DNA from: Aplysia californica
Taxonomy: Eukaryota
DNA: 63,244 nt
NCBI RefSeq assembly: GCF_000002075.1
Contig: NW_004797498.1
Location: 473,904 to 537,147 of the forward strand
Direction of reading: 5' to 3'
Shown here: positions 37,811-50,800 of the stretch, piece after piece
How the letters are laid out: each line of letters begins with the position of its first letter
Position numbering within the stretch: the first letter of the stretch is position 1
Notes under the pieces: model-generated
Database searches by the model: none
Told to the model about the DNA's origin: nothing
What the model saw: the letters and a program-made list of their open reading frames with translations, nothing else
Made by a program: the position numbers and the translations under genes

Positions 37811-40800
37811 CCTCTGACATTTTTCACCCATATTCGAGAAGACTATATGTGTAGATCGTAGATCTTACCTACCATAAGATCAGGGGTTGGGCGGAAAGCG
37901 GAAAGACAGCAGTAAGTAGTAAGGGGAAGAGGAGTAGTTGTAGAAAGGCTGCAGAAAGGGCCAGGAGCCCAGAGGTGCGGGCAAAGGAGGCAGCAAAAAG
38001 TGAAGAGGAAAGTAGACGACAGAACATTGAGAGAGCAGGAAAGGGGAACATAGAGAAGAAAACTTTCAGTCGCTATCCAGATTCGGACCTGGGACCTATC
38101 GAGAGGCAAACATCTTAATCTCTAGACCACGACAGCCCCATGCTATACAGTATACAATTTTTAAAAATTATACATTATGAAGAGATCAGGCTCCGGGATT
38201 TATCATAGCTAGCCAAAATCCAATTATTATTGAGACTGTTACATGTATTAGTTGGGCCCACTGTATCAATATCAAACACAGGTAGATCTAGGCCTAGATG
38301 TTCAAGAGAAAATACAAACACGACACAAAATAGATGTTGGAAGAAAAAACCCCCACAAAAAAGTTCATATTTACTTTATTGCCAACTTTTATTCCAAACA
38401 GCAACTGTGATGTGAACATAAAAAACAGACGGAGACGGCAATAACAACAGTACAACTTCTCCTATGATGTATTGCGCATGCTGTCTAATAAAAAAAATAA
38501 ATAATAAAAACAAAAAAAACTGGACTTGCAGTTCAACCATCCAAACAATTAATTGAATAGAAAGTTCTCATCCAGCGCTTGTCATAATATTAAATATACT
38601 AAAAAAAAGGCCTGACATTTGGCATCATCCTTTCTCACTATCCCCGACCAAATGTATGAACAAGGGAAAACAGAAGAAAAATTAAAAATTTTCTCTTGAC
38701 ACAATGCCATGAGTTTTATTGTCAAACATACCTTGATTTCAAAGACTCCACTTAGTATACACATGTGTTGATCCCAACTGCATTTTACAAATTAAACAAT
38801 GAAGCCGTGTCATATTCTATCACACAGACGTAGCAGATAATGAGTAGCATCCAAAATATTTGTCACCTTTGAAATATTGTATTTCATTAGTTGTCTTTTG
38901 ATCTTTGCTTTCTGTGACGGAAAAAGCTTTTATGTATCGTACACAACAAGATCTTGAGGTATAGCTAATCAACTTGAACCCCATGTCCTGAACAGAATAA
39001 ACAAAGTTTCTGCAGTTTATTTAATCAAAAATTAAAAAGATACAACAAATAAGTTGAATCAATTTTTCATGTTTAGTTAACTGAATTTCAAACAACCGAA
39101 AAAAGATGTAGTTCCTCTTCAGGACTTGAACCGACAAACTTTTCCCCTTATACCCCACTCAAGGTAGGTACTTACAAAAAGAAAATTATGGAATTATTCT
39201 TGCTGTCACATGATGTAGAATACTAAACTGCAACAACGTTAAAGTACACATTACGGTAATTAAAATACAAAAAGATTTATGGAAAAAAACAACAACTTCA
39301 GCCTATCCTGCAACCATCTGAAGCAGTCAACAAAGTGATAGAAATCTTATTTTCAAACAACTGTTTTGTAACTCAACTCGACAAACACCTGAAATATGTT
39401 TTTTTTAAATAACCTGTTGAGTCTTGGGCGTTTAAATAATGAAAACTGACCAAAACTGGTTTAATACAATCTTAGATCAACAAAAAACTATCTGACTGCA
39501 AGTTAATTTTGAGCATTCAGCTCTTTGTATTGCTACAACTACATATATGCTTGTAAAAGGAAAGCAAATATTTCAACAGAAGAAAAAAATATATCGCTTT
39601 TCAAAAGATGCAGAAAGCAATTCATCTATACTAGCAATTGGAAATTGCTACTGAAGTAGGATTTGCCGTGTGCGTAAAGAAACAGTTTTGCAAAGCCTCA
39701 TCTATGTTTTGAAAATAAAGACCACAAACCAGTTCGACCACCTAAAAAAGACTGTAAAAGCTTTTCAGCCCGGCTGCGGATTTATGGTACTCCAGAATGT
39801 AAAAAACCCCCAAAAAACCAACTGCTAAAAGTCAAAAAGTGGTTATTTTCCACATCCAACACAAACAGCGACCAATAACTGAAATACCGCTCATTTTGAA
39901 ACCCTCAGTACAATGAACAAATATCATGTGAGACAGCAAAGGTAAGCCTATATTTTTCAAATTTTTTTTTTATTACACTGCACGAACAAAGACAAGACTT
40001 TCTCAAAATCAGCTTTCCATCAAAAGTCCCTTGTACTTGTATACTACTAGTGATGTGGATTACTTACAAAACTACACTACCAGTTTTATTTCTAGGATGA
40101 AACAGTACCACACCACCTCATTAACTCCCCAGCACTTTGTTATCTGCGTAGCACCTACCTACCTGCCTTCCCAGACATCGGAAACACTCTATACAGCGAC
40201 AAAGCACAGCTGATTAAAACCTGTCAATTCTTTGCCATATCGACAGACCGAAGGGCTAGAACCCAAATGGCCGCTGGATCGGAAAAGTAAAGTAAAGTAA
40301 GTTTTATTCCTATGAATGATTATTCTTCATTTTAAAAACACAAGATTACTATTAAATGTTGTCACCCTTATTTTTTTTAAAAAGGGGTGGGGAAATCTAT
40401 AGTCCCCCACTGTGGTCTACAAACAGAAAGGACCTTACAGCTACACCACAGAAGCTGGTTAAACATCCTGAAACAACTGAGGATAAATCAATTTGGTGTG
40501 ACCACAACCACTACTTTTAACCATGGCTTCGACTCTTTGGAGCAAGCTGTCTAAAAATTATATAAATAAATAAATATAATCAAAATTAAAAATTAATCCA
40601 TGGCCTTGCTTTTCCGTTATTGATGCTCCTTATAATACAGTGGGTTAAGGTTTTTTAACAATGTAAAACAAGAACATTTTTGTGAAAGGCTTATATCATG
40701 ACAGAGAGATACCAAATACAGAGTCGGATAATTCTTAAGATTCCAGGCAAACATACAGAGCATTTGTCGAGTTCTATCAGCGGTCAAATATTTCAGCAGA

Positions 40801-41779
40801 ATCAGAAAGCCAGACAAAGCTTCTGAGTTCAAAAGAGTAAAGTAAGAGCTGATAGTGGTCTGTAACAAGCACACTTTGTAGCTCTTGGTTGTCCTGGACC
40901 TCAACATCAATGCTGACAACACCCCTCTAAGCAAAAAGGAGAAAAGGTGTCTGCATATTATGATTATAATCAAAGCAAGTAACCACATCACTGACAAGAA
41001 GGCAAAGAAATCCCCCATGTGATACTGCATGAACTCCTGCAATTCGCTCAGTTATATACAGCATATCGTACAGGCTTCACATGAACCAGACATGACACTG
41101 TTTATCGAAGCAATCACAATGGGGTGAGAAAGTTGGCAAACACTTTATTAACTATCTGCCATGAGCAAGTTGGAAATAAAAAGCTGGTTTTTCTGAGGAG
41201 TAACTATGAACTTACATAACCACAGAATACAAAAAATGTACAATGTATGTTCTTGTCTAGTTCGACAAAACAGAGTGATAAGAGCCAAAAAAGCATATGA
41301 AATGGGAAAAGTTCAATGAATTAAATCACCAATGGACAGTTTCAATTGAAGAAATTAGTAGGCTACTTCCTCATTAATTTAAACAATTTCAAGCAAATTC
41401 TTTGAAAACAAATGCCACCCCCCCCCCCCCTCCGATTTGAACAAAGTTCATCAATGCATCAACCGTACAATATATTTCCTGTGTTGAAAGCCACTTTCTG
41501 TTCACAAAAGTCAGTTGACTTCCCCTATTTGAATGACTTCTGCCAAATATACCAACTGTACACTAAATCCTCTGTAAACAGCATCCCAAGTCCAGACGCA
41601 TTTGTACACGTGCATTTCACAACGTCTGCGTATTCAGCTCAACCCAGCAGGTGGCCTGCTTAAGAGCATTTCCTTAATTCGTGTGTAACACAGAAAAAAA
41701 TCTGCCCACATTAAAGAAACATTTGCACATGAATATAAATGAAACGTGGCCGGTCCTCTTCCAACCACGGGAACCATCG

Positions 41780-44700
41780 CTACTGATTGGCAGCTTCGCA
41801 GGCATCGATCCATTCACTGTACACATCTACAGCTTCTGACAGATCTGAAAAACTGGTTAAGGAAAACAGGAGAGCAGCAAGAAAGCTGTAATCTCATTCT
41901 GGGTGAACAAAGAAATAAAAAACAATATCAATAATATAAACAAACTTGCAACCATGAACTGACAAAATTCTAAAAATATACCAAAAAATCGAATTGACAA
42001 TCTGTTGTCGAGGAGTAAAGTGGCCGTCTTATATAGTGTCATTTTTAATGTTCACTATCAGAGTGTCTGCCCAAAAAGCCATGTTCTGAAAATTACCATT
42101 TCCCCCTGAGAAGGGACATAACCACAAAATTAAACTTTTTTCCAAATTGTCTACAAAAGTAACCATCCATAAAAAGAATATCAAAATAAACTGCAAAACA
42201 CTTTAAAGTTTTAATTCAAACAGCAGCAGTCAATAATTTCATCCCATCATGATTTTCTAGTTGGTAAAGGATGGTCCACAGATCAGTTATTCCAGCTCTA
42301 TCTTGTGTAACTCACCTCCCCCCCCTCCTCCAAAAAAAAATAATAGAAAAACACACAAAAGCCACACAAATAGATCAAGGGGTACAACTACGGAATTAAA
42401 CATGCATTAAAAAGCATTTATCACTGCAACTGCCAAGACTGATCATGGGTCGGTAATTTGTTTGTTTTTTTAAAGTTAAAGAAAAGAAATCCAAACTGAC
42501 AGAGATGCCGGTTTGGCATTTCTCATACGTCTAGTATCTTACACATTATTGTCATAATAATATAATAATCGTGTTCATCATCACTTACAGAAGAGACCAA
42601 TATCTCCACTCAGAAGAAAAACCCAACCTCCTCCAATCACAAATGTCTCTGACTTCTCTTCCACATTCAAGATAGATGGGTATTTTAAAAATAAAAATCA
42701 AGGTAACCGGAACAAGTTTTAGGATAACGAATAACAGTAACAGTAACACCATATATGACCAAAAATTGACGAGTGCCTGATTCCCGTAGCTGTATTTCAA
42801 GTGCTCCAAAAGCTATTCCAAATATTTGCAAAAACTGGAAGGTCTTTCCAAACCAAAAAGCATGCTAAAAATAAAATTTGAATGAGATTTCCCTTATAAT
42901 TCGTTGCCTGTCACACGAAAGGGCGTATTCCAGATAGCAGCACTAGCAGTAAAAAATCAAAAAGGGCGTACGCTAACACTCAGCGCCACCGAACCAGACA
43001 AAACGGCGTACACAGGCTTACGCCTTTTCGTGTGCAAAAAAATGATACAAAGTTTTATCAATTCTATTCGCACGAAAAGACGTATACCTTGGATACGCCC
43101 CTTCGTGTGAGTGACAGGAACACTTTTGTCCTTTTTTTTCTGGCATAGGCCAGGGCCGTATAACGTAATATCATAGTAATACTAGATTCTAGGCCCTCCT
43201 AATGATGCAATAAGCCTGATACACAACACAGAGCACACGCCTTACAGTGTGTTGCAGCGAATCCTGCTTGTACAAGAGTGAAAATGAGGCGGTCCTTATT
43301 GTTTTGTTAGCCTACAATTGGTCACTGTTGCTTGCAGCTTACTTCACACACAACGTGATCTGCTTGTCTGATGACTATTGGAAACCATTAGAAAAAGCAA
43401 ACTTGGGTTTGATCAAATTTAAATCAGATCTGCTTTTTGTCCAACAATACACATGAATATTGCTCAGCTATTAGATTATTATATGTTTTTCCATTAACGT
43501 ATTATTCTACACTCATTAACTAGAAGGCAACGCTATCTAGACACCCCCCCCCCCCAGGGCAGTGCTGCTGACTGAAGTGATAAAAACATCAGGACTTAGA
43601 ATTTGTTGTATTGATCCGAAGACAGGTCTACCAGGTGAGCAATGTAAGTAGCCCCTAAATCTTTATATTTTACACACACACACACAAGAAACTCAAACCT
43701 AAATCGTTCTTTAGCTTGTACTCAGACTATCGGGATTTTTCTTGTGTTTTAGGCCCAGAATGGCAAGTTCGCATTTCAATGAAAGTGACTCCGACTTTGT
43801 CAGATGACATTCCGTTAGCTAAACTTTGAAATGTAAGCCTACAATGACAATTTAATTTCCTGATCAACACGAGGCTGAGAATGAAGACACGTCTCTTGGC
43901 CTGGGTGACTTCGATGATTCGGACACTGATCATTTCCGAGAAGTTCCAGTATTTTGTAGTCAAAAGGAAAGACAGGGCAATCAACAAACTCTGAATCCAT
44001 AGTGCACAATGATTTTGAGACCGATGAAACCCACAGTAGCAATGAACGGCTACCAGAATCACTTGAAGTTGAAGGGTAAGCCCGCCAGGCGTCGCCAAAG
44101 AAACAAAGAGAATCAACTCGAAGAACGATGCAAAAAGAAAGCGACAATGTGGCGAATAGTACATGAGCGCCGACACGAAAAAGGTTGTTCCAGCACGAAT
44201 GATGAGAGAGGGCTGCGTTGGAAAGGAATGTACGAGAGCTGGCCGTCAGTGTTCTGGAATCTCAGGAAAGGACAGGAGGGAGATATTTCAGGACTTTTTC
44301 AGGTCAGTTTATAAACTGGCTGACCTGCAGAAGCAACGAGAGTTCGTTGCGTGGCATATTGTGACGACAGAGCCCAAGGTCACGAAACCAAACTCTCGAC
44401 GCAGCAAAACGCATGCTTATTACATCACGGTCAATGGAAAGCGCTTGAAAGTGTGTTGGAACACATTCCTTGCAACCTTGGGTATTTCAGAGAAATGTGC
44501 CCAAGTTGTTTTGTCAAAGATTACGGAGACCGGCATTGTGGAAGAAGACAAGCGAGGGGGCAATCGGAGCAGATGTAGACAAGAGAAGAACAAATCAGGG
44601 AGATGACCAGTCAACACATTGACAGATTTCTACGCGTGGAATCGCACAACTGTTGGGCCTCTTCCAGCAAAGAGTATCTCAACCCAGACCTCACATTGTC

Positions 44701-47700
44701 CAAAATGTACGACATGTGCGTGAAAAAAAATCCATGCAAGGACATCCCAGGTTTTCACACATTCAGACGAGTGTTCAAGACAAAAAAAACCTGGCCTTTC
44801 ATAGTCCTTAAAAATGACTAATGCTCACTCTGCAACTCTTTCCGAAAAGGGGAAGAAGCACAGAAAAATGAACTCAGGGAAATTTATAACAGGCACGATG
44901 CAGAAAAACAAAGGGAAGGACAACTTAGGGAGGATTGCAAGAAGATGGTTCAAGCTGACCACAGCTTTCTGGCTGGGAACTTTGATCCCCAGCAGGTCAT
45001 ATACCTGCCAATTTCACATGAAAATGCTTTGTTCTACAAGAGGAGACTTTCCAGATAGACAGACAGACAGACAGACAGAGAGGTATGGGGAGGAGAAGAG
45101 AAAGGGAAAGGTTTGGTGGGTGGAAAGGGGGGGGGGGGTGAGGAGTGATGTCTTGGAGGAATTTTATCCTCTACTTTTACCTATTTTATAAATAAACCAG
45201 ACCAAGGTTGGCTGCAAGTATGAAGCTATCAGGCTACAATGGTCGATCCAATGGTACAAGAGGGTTTGCCCAGTTGTTACCTTTGGGTAGAACAAGGTGG
45301 CAATGGGCTAATAGACATTAACCCACTAACCACTCCATCACCAAAAATAGGAGTTTTCTTTAGAACCCCCCCCCCCCCCCCCGGGTCGGAATTTAGGGTG
45401 GGGGGGAATCTGGAGTCTCTAATGGCAAATCAATAATCAATGTGTACGGTATTGCCAACATCTGCAATACAAAACTGTGTACTTTCATGTCATTCATGAC
45501 AAATTGTCAACATATTGCACATAATCCTGTGTGTTTTCACATCATTTATAGTAATATATAGTAATAGGGGAGAATGACTGATGGAAATGGAATTCAAGAT
45601 AAAAAGAAGGGAAAAAAAAGGATTTTTATGCAAAACAAAACATTTTCGATTAACAAAAACATTTATTTAAATCTAAAGGCTCAAATTTTATCAGACTATT
45701 TGGCAGATTTGGTTGTCAATTTTATAGGTTCGAGTTAGCAATTTAAAAAAAAATAGGAAACGATTTTTAGCATAAAAAAAGAAACATGTTGAACTCTTAG
45801 TTTTAGTACAGTTTTTTTGGTGCTCGCAACTGCATAAAAGGTCATATGAGCACCAAGGGATGGATGTCAACAGAGAAGTCCTTACAGGGAATCAGGCTTA
45901 CTCTGCTCACCTCTCTAGCTTCAACAGCACAAAGTCTGCTTCGACTATCAAGGCACCCTGGAAATAGCAGATCACAATAGTGTGACAAACATACGAAAGA
46001 AGAAGAGGAAAAATGACGATAGCAAGGATAAGGAAAGAAAAAGCAGCAGTTCCATGTTGCAGTTCAGGCACAGGTATGAGCATGACCCATTTACAATTCT
46101 ACTGTGCATCAGGATAAGATAATGTCCCGCCCTTTGGGAATGGCCTAAAGACAATTCAGTCAGTGGCACCTTGAACTCTACACATTCAACCCCTTTATTG
46201 ATTTTTGCAGATATCTTCATTCGCAGATATTGAGAAGTAACTCATTTTGTCAGCGTGTTTCACAAATCACAAATAATTTTATTCAAAGACAAATAAGACT
46301 CTCATCAAAGACAAATTTTTTAACTGCTGGGGCATGCGTATGCTGAGCAGATGAGTATTTATAATATATGCATGTACACCCACTGAAGCATGTGCTCAGG
46401 TCTATAGCGTTAAAAAATACCAAAGGAGATATACACAACAGAAGAAAACATACAATTTTGAACATTCAATAAAGGATACAGTTGATATTTGTCTGAAAGT
46501 CTTCCAGGCACACATTACAGGTTATCATTCCTGTGTTAGCATCACGATCCCTGAAAATTAAAAAAAAAAAAATTAGCGTCCTAATTTAATACAACATTAG
46601 AAAAGATATATAGGGCACCAAAAAAGCCGAAAACATGCCCGCATAAAATTCTCGAAGTGGTGTCAGAGCCAAGTGGTTGCATTCACACATAAGCCTTAGA
46701 CCAGAGTGTGATCCCTGCACATGCATCAATTAGGGTATGGCTGCCTATCTATAGTCTCTTGGATATTTTTACAAATTTTCCCCCAGCTCATGATGCTGAA
46801 GTTGACTTTCTCCTTCCAAAACACAGTGTGACACTGAGCCAAACGGCATGCACTGAGAGGCTATCAGACTGGGAAAAAGGCAACAACTTAAGGAGATAGA
46901 TAAACGTAACAGGGTAACAAAGATTTTGTTAGTATGTTAGTGTTTCAGCGCCTATAAAATAGGAGCTTGCACTATTCCTTCCCAGGAGGTTGAGATTGTT
47001 TCAGAATGCTATCAGATCTGAACGGGTAAGTCTAGATAGTAAAGCGCATAGAGCTTGCTGTTGAGCGGGAATTTGCGCTACAAAAGCTATCAGTGAAAAT
47101 GAATGATAAAGAAGGTAGTGACTGAAGATATCCTATTCATTGCACAGTAAGTAATAGTAAGTTCTGTTTCAGTTTGAAGAGAAACATTGACATGGTTATG
47201 TTCATTGTGCCCCGAGAAAAAGCATTTTATAACAAACGAAGGAACACCATGGGGATAATAAAGAAGTATGACCTACTAGTCGCAACGTCCAACAATTCGC
47301 TGAAGTCATCAAAGACAAAATAAGAGTGAAACACCCCACTAACAAGTACCAGTACAATGCGAATTTACCTTGGGTGGACCAAAAGTTATCTATTACTGCC
47401 AAGTGGCAAAAAATACAATTTTTATTAATGCATGTGGATTTTGAAGATCTATCTTTATAATTCCCCCCCCCCCCCAATCAAATGCAGTTTTAACATGAGC
47501 TACTACTCAAAAGAAAAAATAATCTAAAAAACACAAGAGTGCCTATTTAGGCAAGGAATTGAAATGAAAGACTAGAATGTTCAGAACAGACCATGTGGGT
47601 TTTCTTTTACTCACAATTTAACCTCGCATGACTTTTCGTGATTGCAGAATGGACAGTTGAACAAGGTATCCAGGGGTTCAATGGCCTTGCGCCTGGGTGG

Positions 47701-47730
47701 AGGTTTGCTTGCTTTCTTGCGACGACCCAT
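41780..47730 (-). CDS. ELOF1: Transcription elongation factor 1 homolog, 83 aa; join(47730..47615,46550..46480,41844..41780)
   Basis: Spliced translation [84 protein letters not shown]4 zinc ribbon (CPFC...CNVC); 116+71+65=252 nt. Missed by the ORF track. Confidence 0.97.
41845..46479 (-). other. U12-type (minor spliceosome) GT-AG intron of ELOF1
   Basis: 5' splice site GTATCCTTT (46479..46471); branch point TTTTCCTTAAC (41866..41856) about 10 nt before the CAG acceptor. Confidence 0.92.
42902..45052 (+). mobile_element. Truncated Sola-like (probably Sola1) DNA transposon inside the ELOF1 U12 intron
   Basis: Left end follows AATT and has a sub-terminal hairpin (42907-43118). Frameshifted fragments: [20 protein letters not shown]...[23 protein letters not shown]...FYKRRL. 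No right end seen. Confidence 0.6.
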
Positions 47731-48289
47731 TTAGAATTCTATAAATTTATAAAATCTGAAACAAAGAACAGGTATAATCAAATGAACATAAAAGAATAGT
47801 GCTTAAAAAATATAAGCTTTGTTCTAATTACAGAGTAAGCTTAGAAAAAACAAGGATAAAGGACACATGAGGACTTAATACAGCTGTTTGAATACTCAAA
47901 CACAAGTAAGGACCTCTGTGCCAACTGCTACGGTGAGAAGAACAAAAAAACAACATGGAGGAAACAGCCTAATTGTTAGTAAGTAAACCAGTTGGGGCTG
48001 CTGAGGAACTTCTTTAAAAAAATTTGAGACAGATTGTCTGCGACATATCCTGTAACTATCATGTCATAGAGAGTGATAGAAATCTGTAGGTTGTTCGCGC
48101 CTGACAGGCTGCGTTTTTCCTGCTCTGTAATGTTTAGTTTGTGTCTTTTTCGTATCTTGTGAATGGATTGTGGCTTTTCAAGTTGGCTTACAGGATAAAT
48201 AAAAAACATTTGTGCTTTTTGTGTTATTTTTATTAGTGCTTGATCGCAAATTACCAACTATTTGCAAGAAATATATTTTGTTATGGAAG

Positions 48290-50540
48290 TTCTACACACA
48301 TTAGATTGGGTGATTACGGACAGTGTCAATAAAATCGGTGAAATTCAAGTAAAGAACAAATGCGTTTCTGATCACTACGCGGTGTCCTTTGAAATAACTC
48401 GTATAGGGAAGCCCAAACTGAGACACCACAAAATAACAATCCGGAAAATGGACATGGATCATGAAAAGTTTGGAGCGGACATTCGCCAGCTACTAAAATT
48501 CATACACGGTTCAACCTCCGAGAAGGTAGACACTTTCAACACCAAGATGTGTGAACTACTAAACCAACATACACCAGTCAAATCCAGAACAGTAACTGAT
48601 CGACCTTCTGCCCCGTGGATGACTTTGGAAATTAAACAATCTAAAATGGAACGTAGACGAGCTGAAAGACGCTGGAGATCATCAAAGCTGAAAATTCATG
48701 AGGACATTTATAGACACTGTAACAACATAGTGAAATCGTTCATAACATCTGCCAAATTTATGTATTATAACAGAAAAATTAATGAATGTACCACGTCTAA
48801 AGCTAACAAATCAGTTGTCTGGTAAGAAAGATCAGGCCAGCAACAAGTTTCCCACTAATGTACCTAAAAGTAACCTTCCTGATGTTTTGGTAAATACTTT
48901 AGAGACAAGATATCCACGATTAGGAAACAAATTGACACGACTACCCATAAACTACCATCTTTTGAAACATTTTCTGGGGTAATCTTTAATGAATTTGTAT
49001 GTGTAAAACAAGAAGATGAAAGATCAATCATAATGTCATCACCCCATAAAACATATATAGTCTTGATCCCATTCCAACACCACTGCTCATCACAATCTTT
49101 ATAGTGTCATTGGATTTATAACTTCCATCATTAATGAGTCTCTTCAGTCTGGAGTAGTACCATCACTCTTTAAGCATGCTTTAGTTTTATTCCCTTTCTC
49201 AAAAAATCAAATCTTTCCCCAGAGGAGCTCAAGAATTTCAGACCTGTCTCCAACCTTCCCTTTTTATCAAAAATTTTGGAGAAAGTTGTTTTGGTTCAAT
49301 TGAAAAATCATTTAAAAGAAAACAATTAATATGAATTATATCAATCTGCCTATCGGCAATTTCATAAAACAGAAACTGCGCTATTGAAAATATATAACGA
49401 CCTCTTGTGTGAGGCGGATGAGAACAAAATATCAATTCTTTCTCTTCTTGATCTTAGTGCTGCCTTTGACACTATAGATCACACTATTCTTATTGAACGA
49501 TTGTTCAACATGTTTGGCCTGTCTGGCAGGGTTCTTGACTGGTTCAGGTTTTACCTGATTGGCCGTACACAATCTGTGGTTGTGCACGACTCTTTTTCAT
49601 CAATTTTTAAGCTGGACTTTGGAGTGCCTCAAGGTTCAGTATTGGGTCCAATCTTGTATACGTTATATACACAGCCGCTTGGAGATGTGATTAGAAAGCA
49701 CAATATGAATTATCACATGTACGCTGACGATACACAGTTATATAAATCTGTTCCACCATCAGATGTTAAAACACTGCTTACTACCATGGGTCTGTGCATT
49801 GATGACATCAAAAAGTGGATGGTTGATAATAAGCTCCAGCTTAATGAAAATAAAACTGAAATTCTTTTATGTAACCCAAAGAAAAGCCATATCCCCGTAG
49901 ACATTGATCATATTTGTACTGAAAATGAAAAACTGTATTTTACTAACAAAGCAAAAAATCTGGGAGTGTATTTTGATTCAAAATTGTCCATGGAACATCA
50001 TATCAATTATTTAAGTACCATTTTATTTTGTGAATTGCGTAAAATTGGTCATATGTCTATGTTTTTGAATGAACACTCGTTGAAAACGCTCGTGTTATCT
50101 TTCTTGTTTTCACGCCTCGATTATTGCAATGCTTTACTAGCTAACTTACCAAATACCACTCTTCACAAGTTACGCTTTCAAAATCATGCTGCTAGGCTTG
50201 TACTAAAGAAAAGAAGAGGGACCACATCACTCCCATGTTAAGAACGTTGCATTGGCAGCCATGTCAGCTAGAATGTCATATAAAATTGCAATATTATGTC
50301 ATAAATGTGTCAATAACAAAGCTCCCTCATATCTTAGTGATCTCATCCAGATTTCTGTTCCATCTAGATCACTAAGATCAGGCGATCAGTATCTTTTAAG
50401 AGTTCCGAAAAGGGGGGAAAAAATTAGCTGAAAGATCGTTCGCCCACCTTGCTCCGTCAGTTTGGAACTCTCTTCCCCAAACCTTGAGACATACGACATC
50501 TGGGTCTAAATTTTAAAAATCTTTAAAGACACATTTAATT
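48290..50540 (+). mobile_element. 5'-truncated, frameshifted L2/CR1-group LINE ORF2 (endonuclease end plus reverse transcriptase)
   Basis: TLDWVIT..SDHYAV, LLDLSAAFDTIDH, GVPQGSVLGP, YADDTQLY, SRLDYCN; internal stops and frameshifts. Confidence 0.93.
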
Positions 50541-50627
50541 TAATGACATCCTTTTTATGTCAGTAGATTCATGTTCAATACAATGTTTTGTAAATGACTA
50601 TGTATCCATTTATGTATTTTGTGAATT

Positions 50628-50800
50628 GCAGATTCAGCAACCGTTAGTGGGCGGATCCGGTTGACGATGTCGGAGGAGAAACGTGTGAGAACATGTGGCG
50701 CAGCAGAGATTTTGGTAAAGCGGAGACTTGGGACACTGAAGACTCTCATAGAGGAATTAGGGATAACAGTCCAGGTCCGACTCGTGCCTTCAAAGAGACA
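50628..50800 (+). mobile_element. Gypsy-like LTR retrotransposon RNase H fragment
   Basis: ADSATVSG..KRVRTCGAAEILVKRRLGTLKTLIEELGITVQVRLVPS resembles the C-terminal half of a Gypsy RNase H; recognised by eye. Confidence 0.5.

Noticed and set aside
16770-47730. Functional clustering of the PKS with ELOF1
   Set aside because: ELOF1 is a housekeeping Pol II factor 25 kb away in convergent orientation, with no evidence of a biosynthetic cluster. It is useful only as a synteny anchor.
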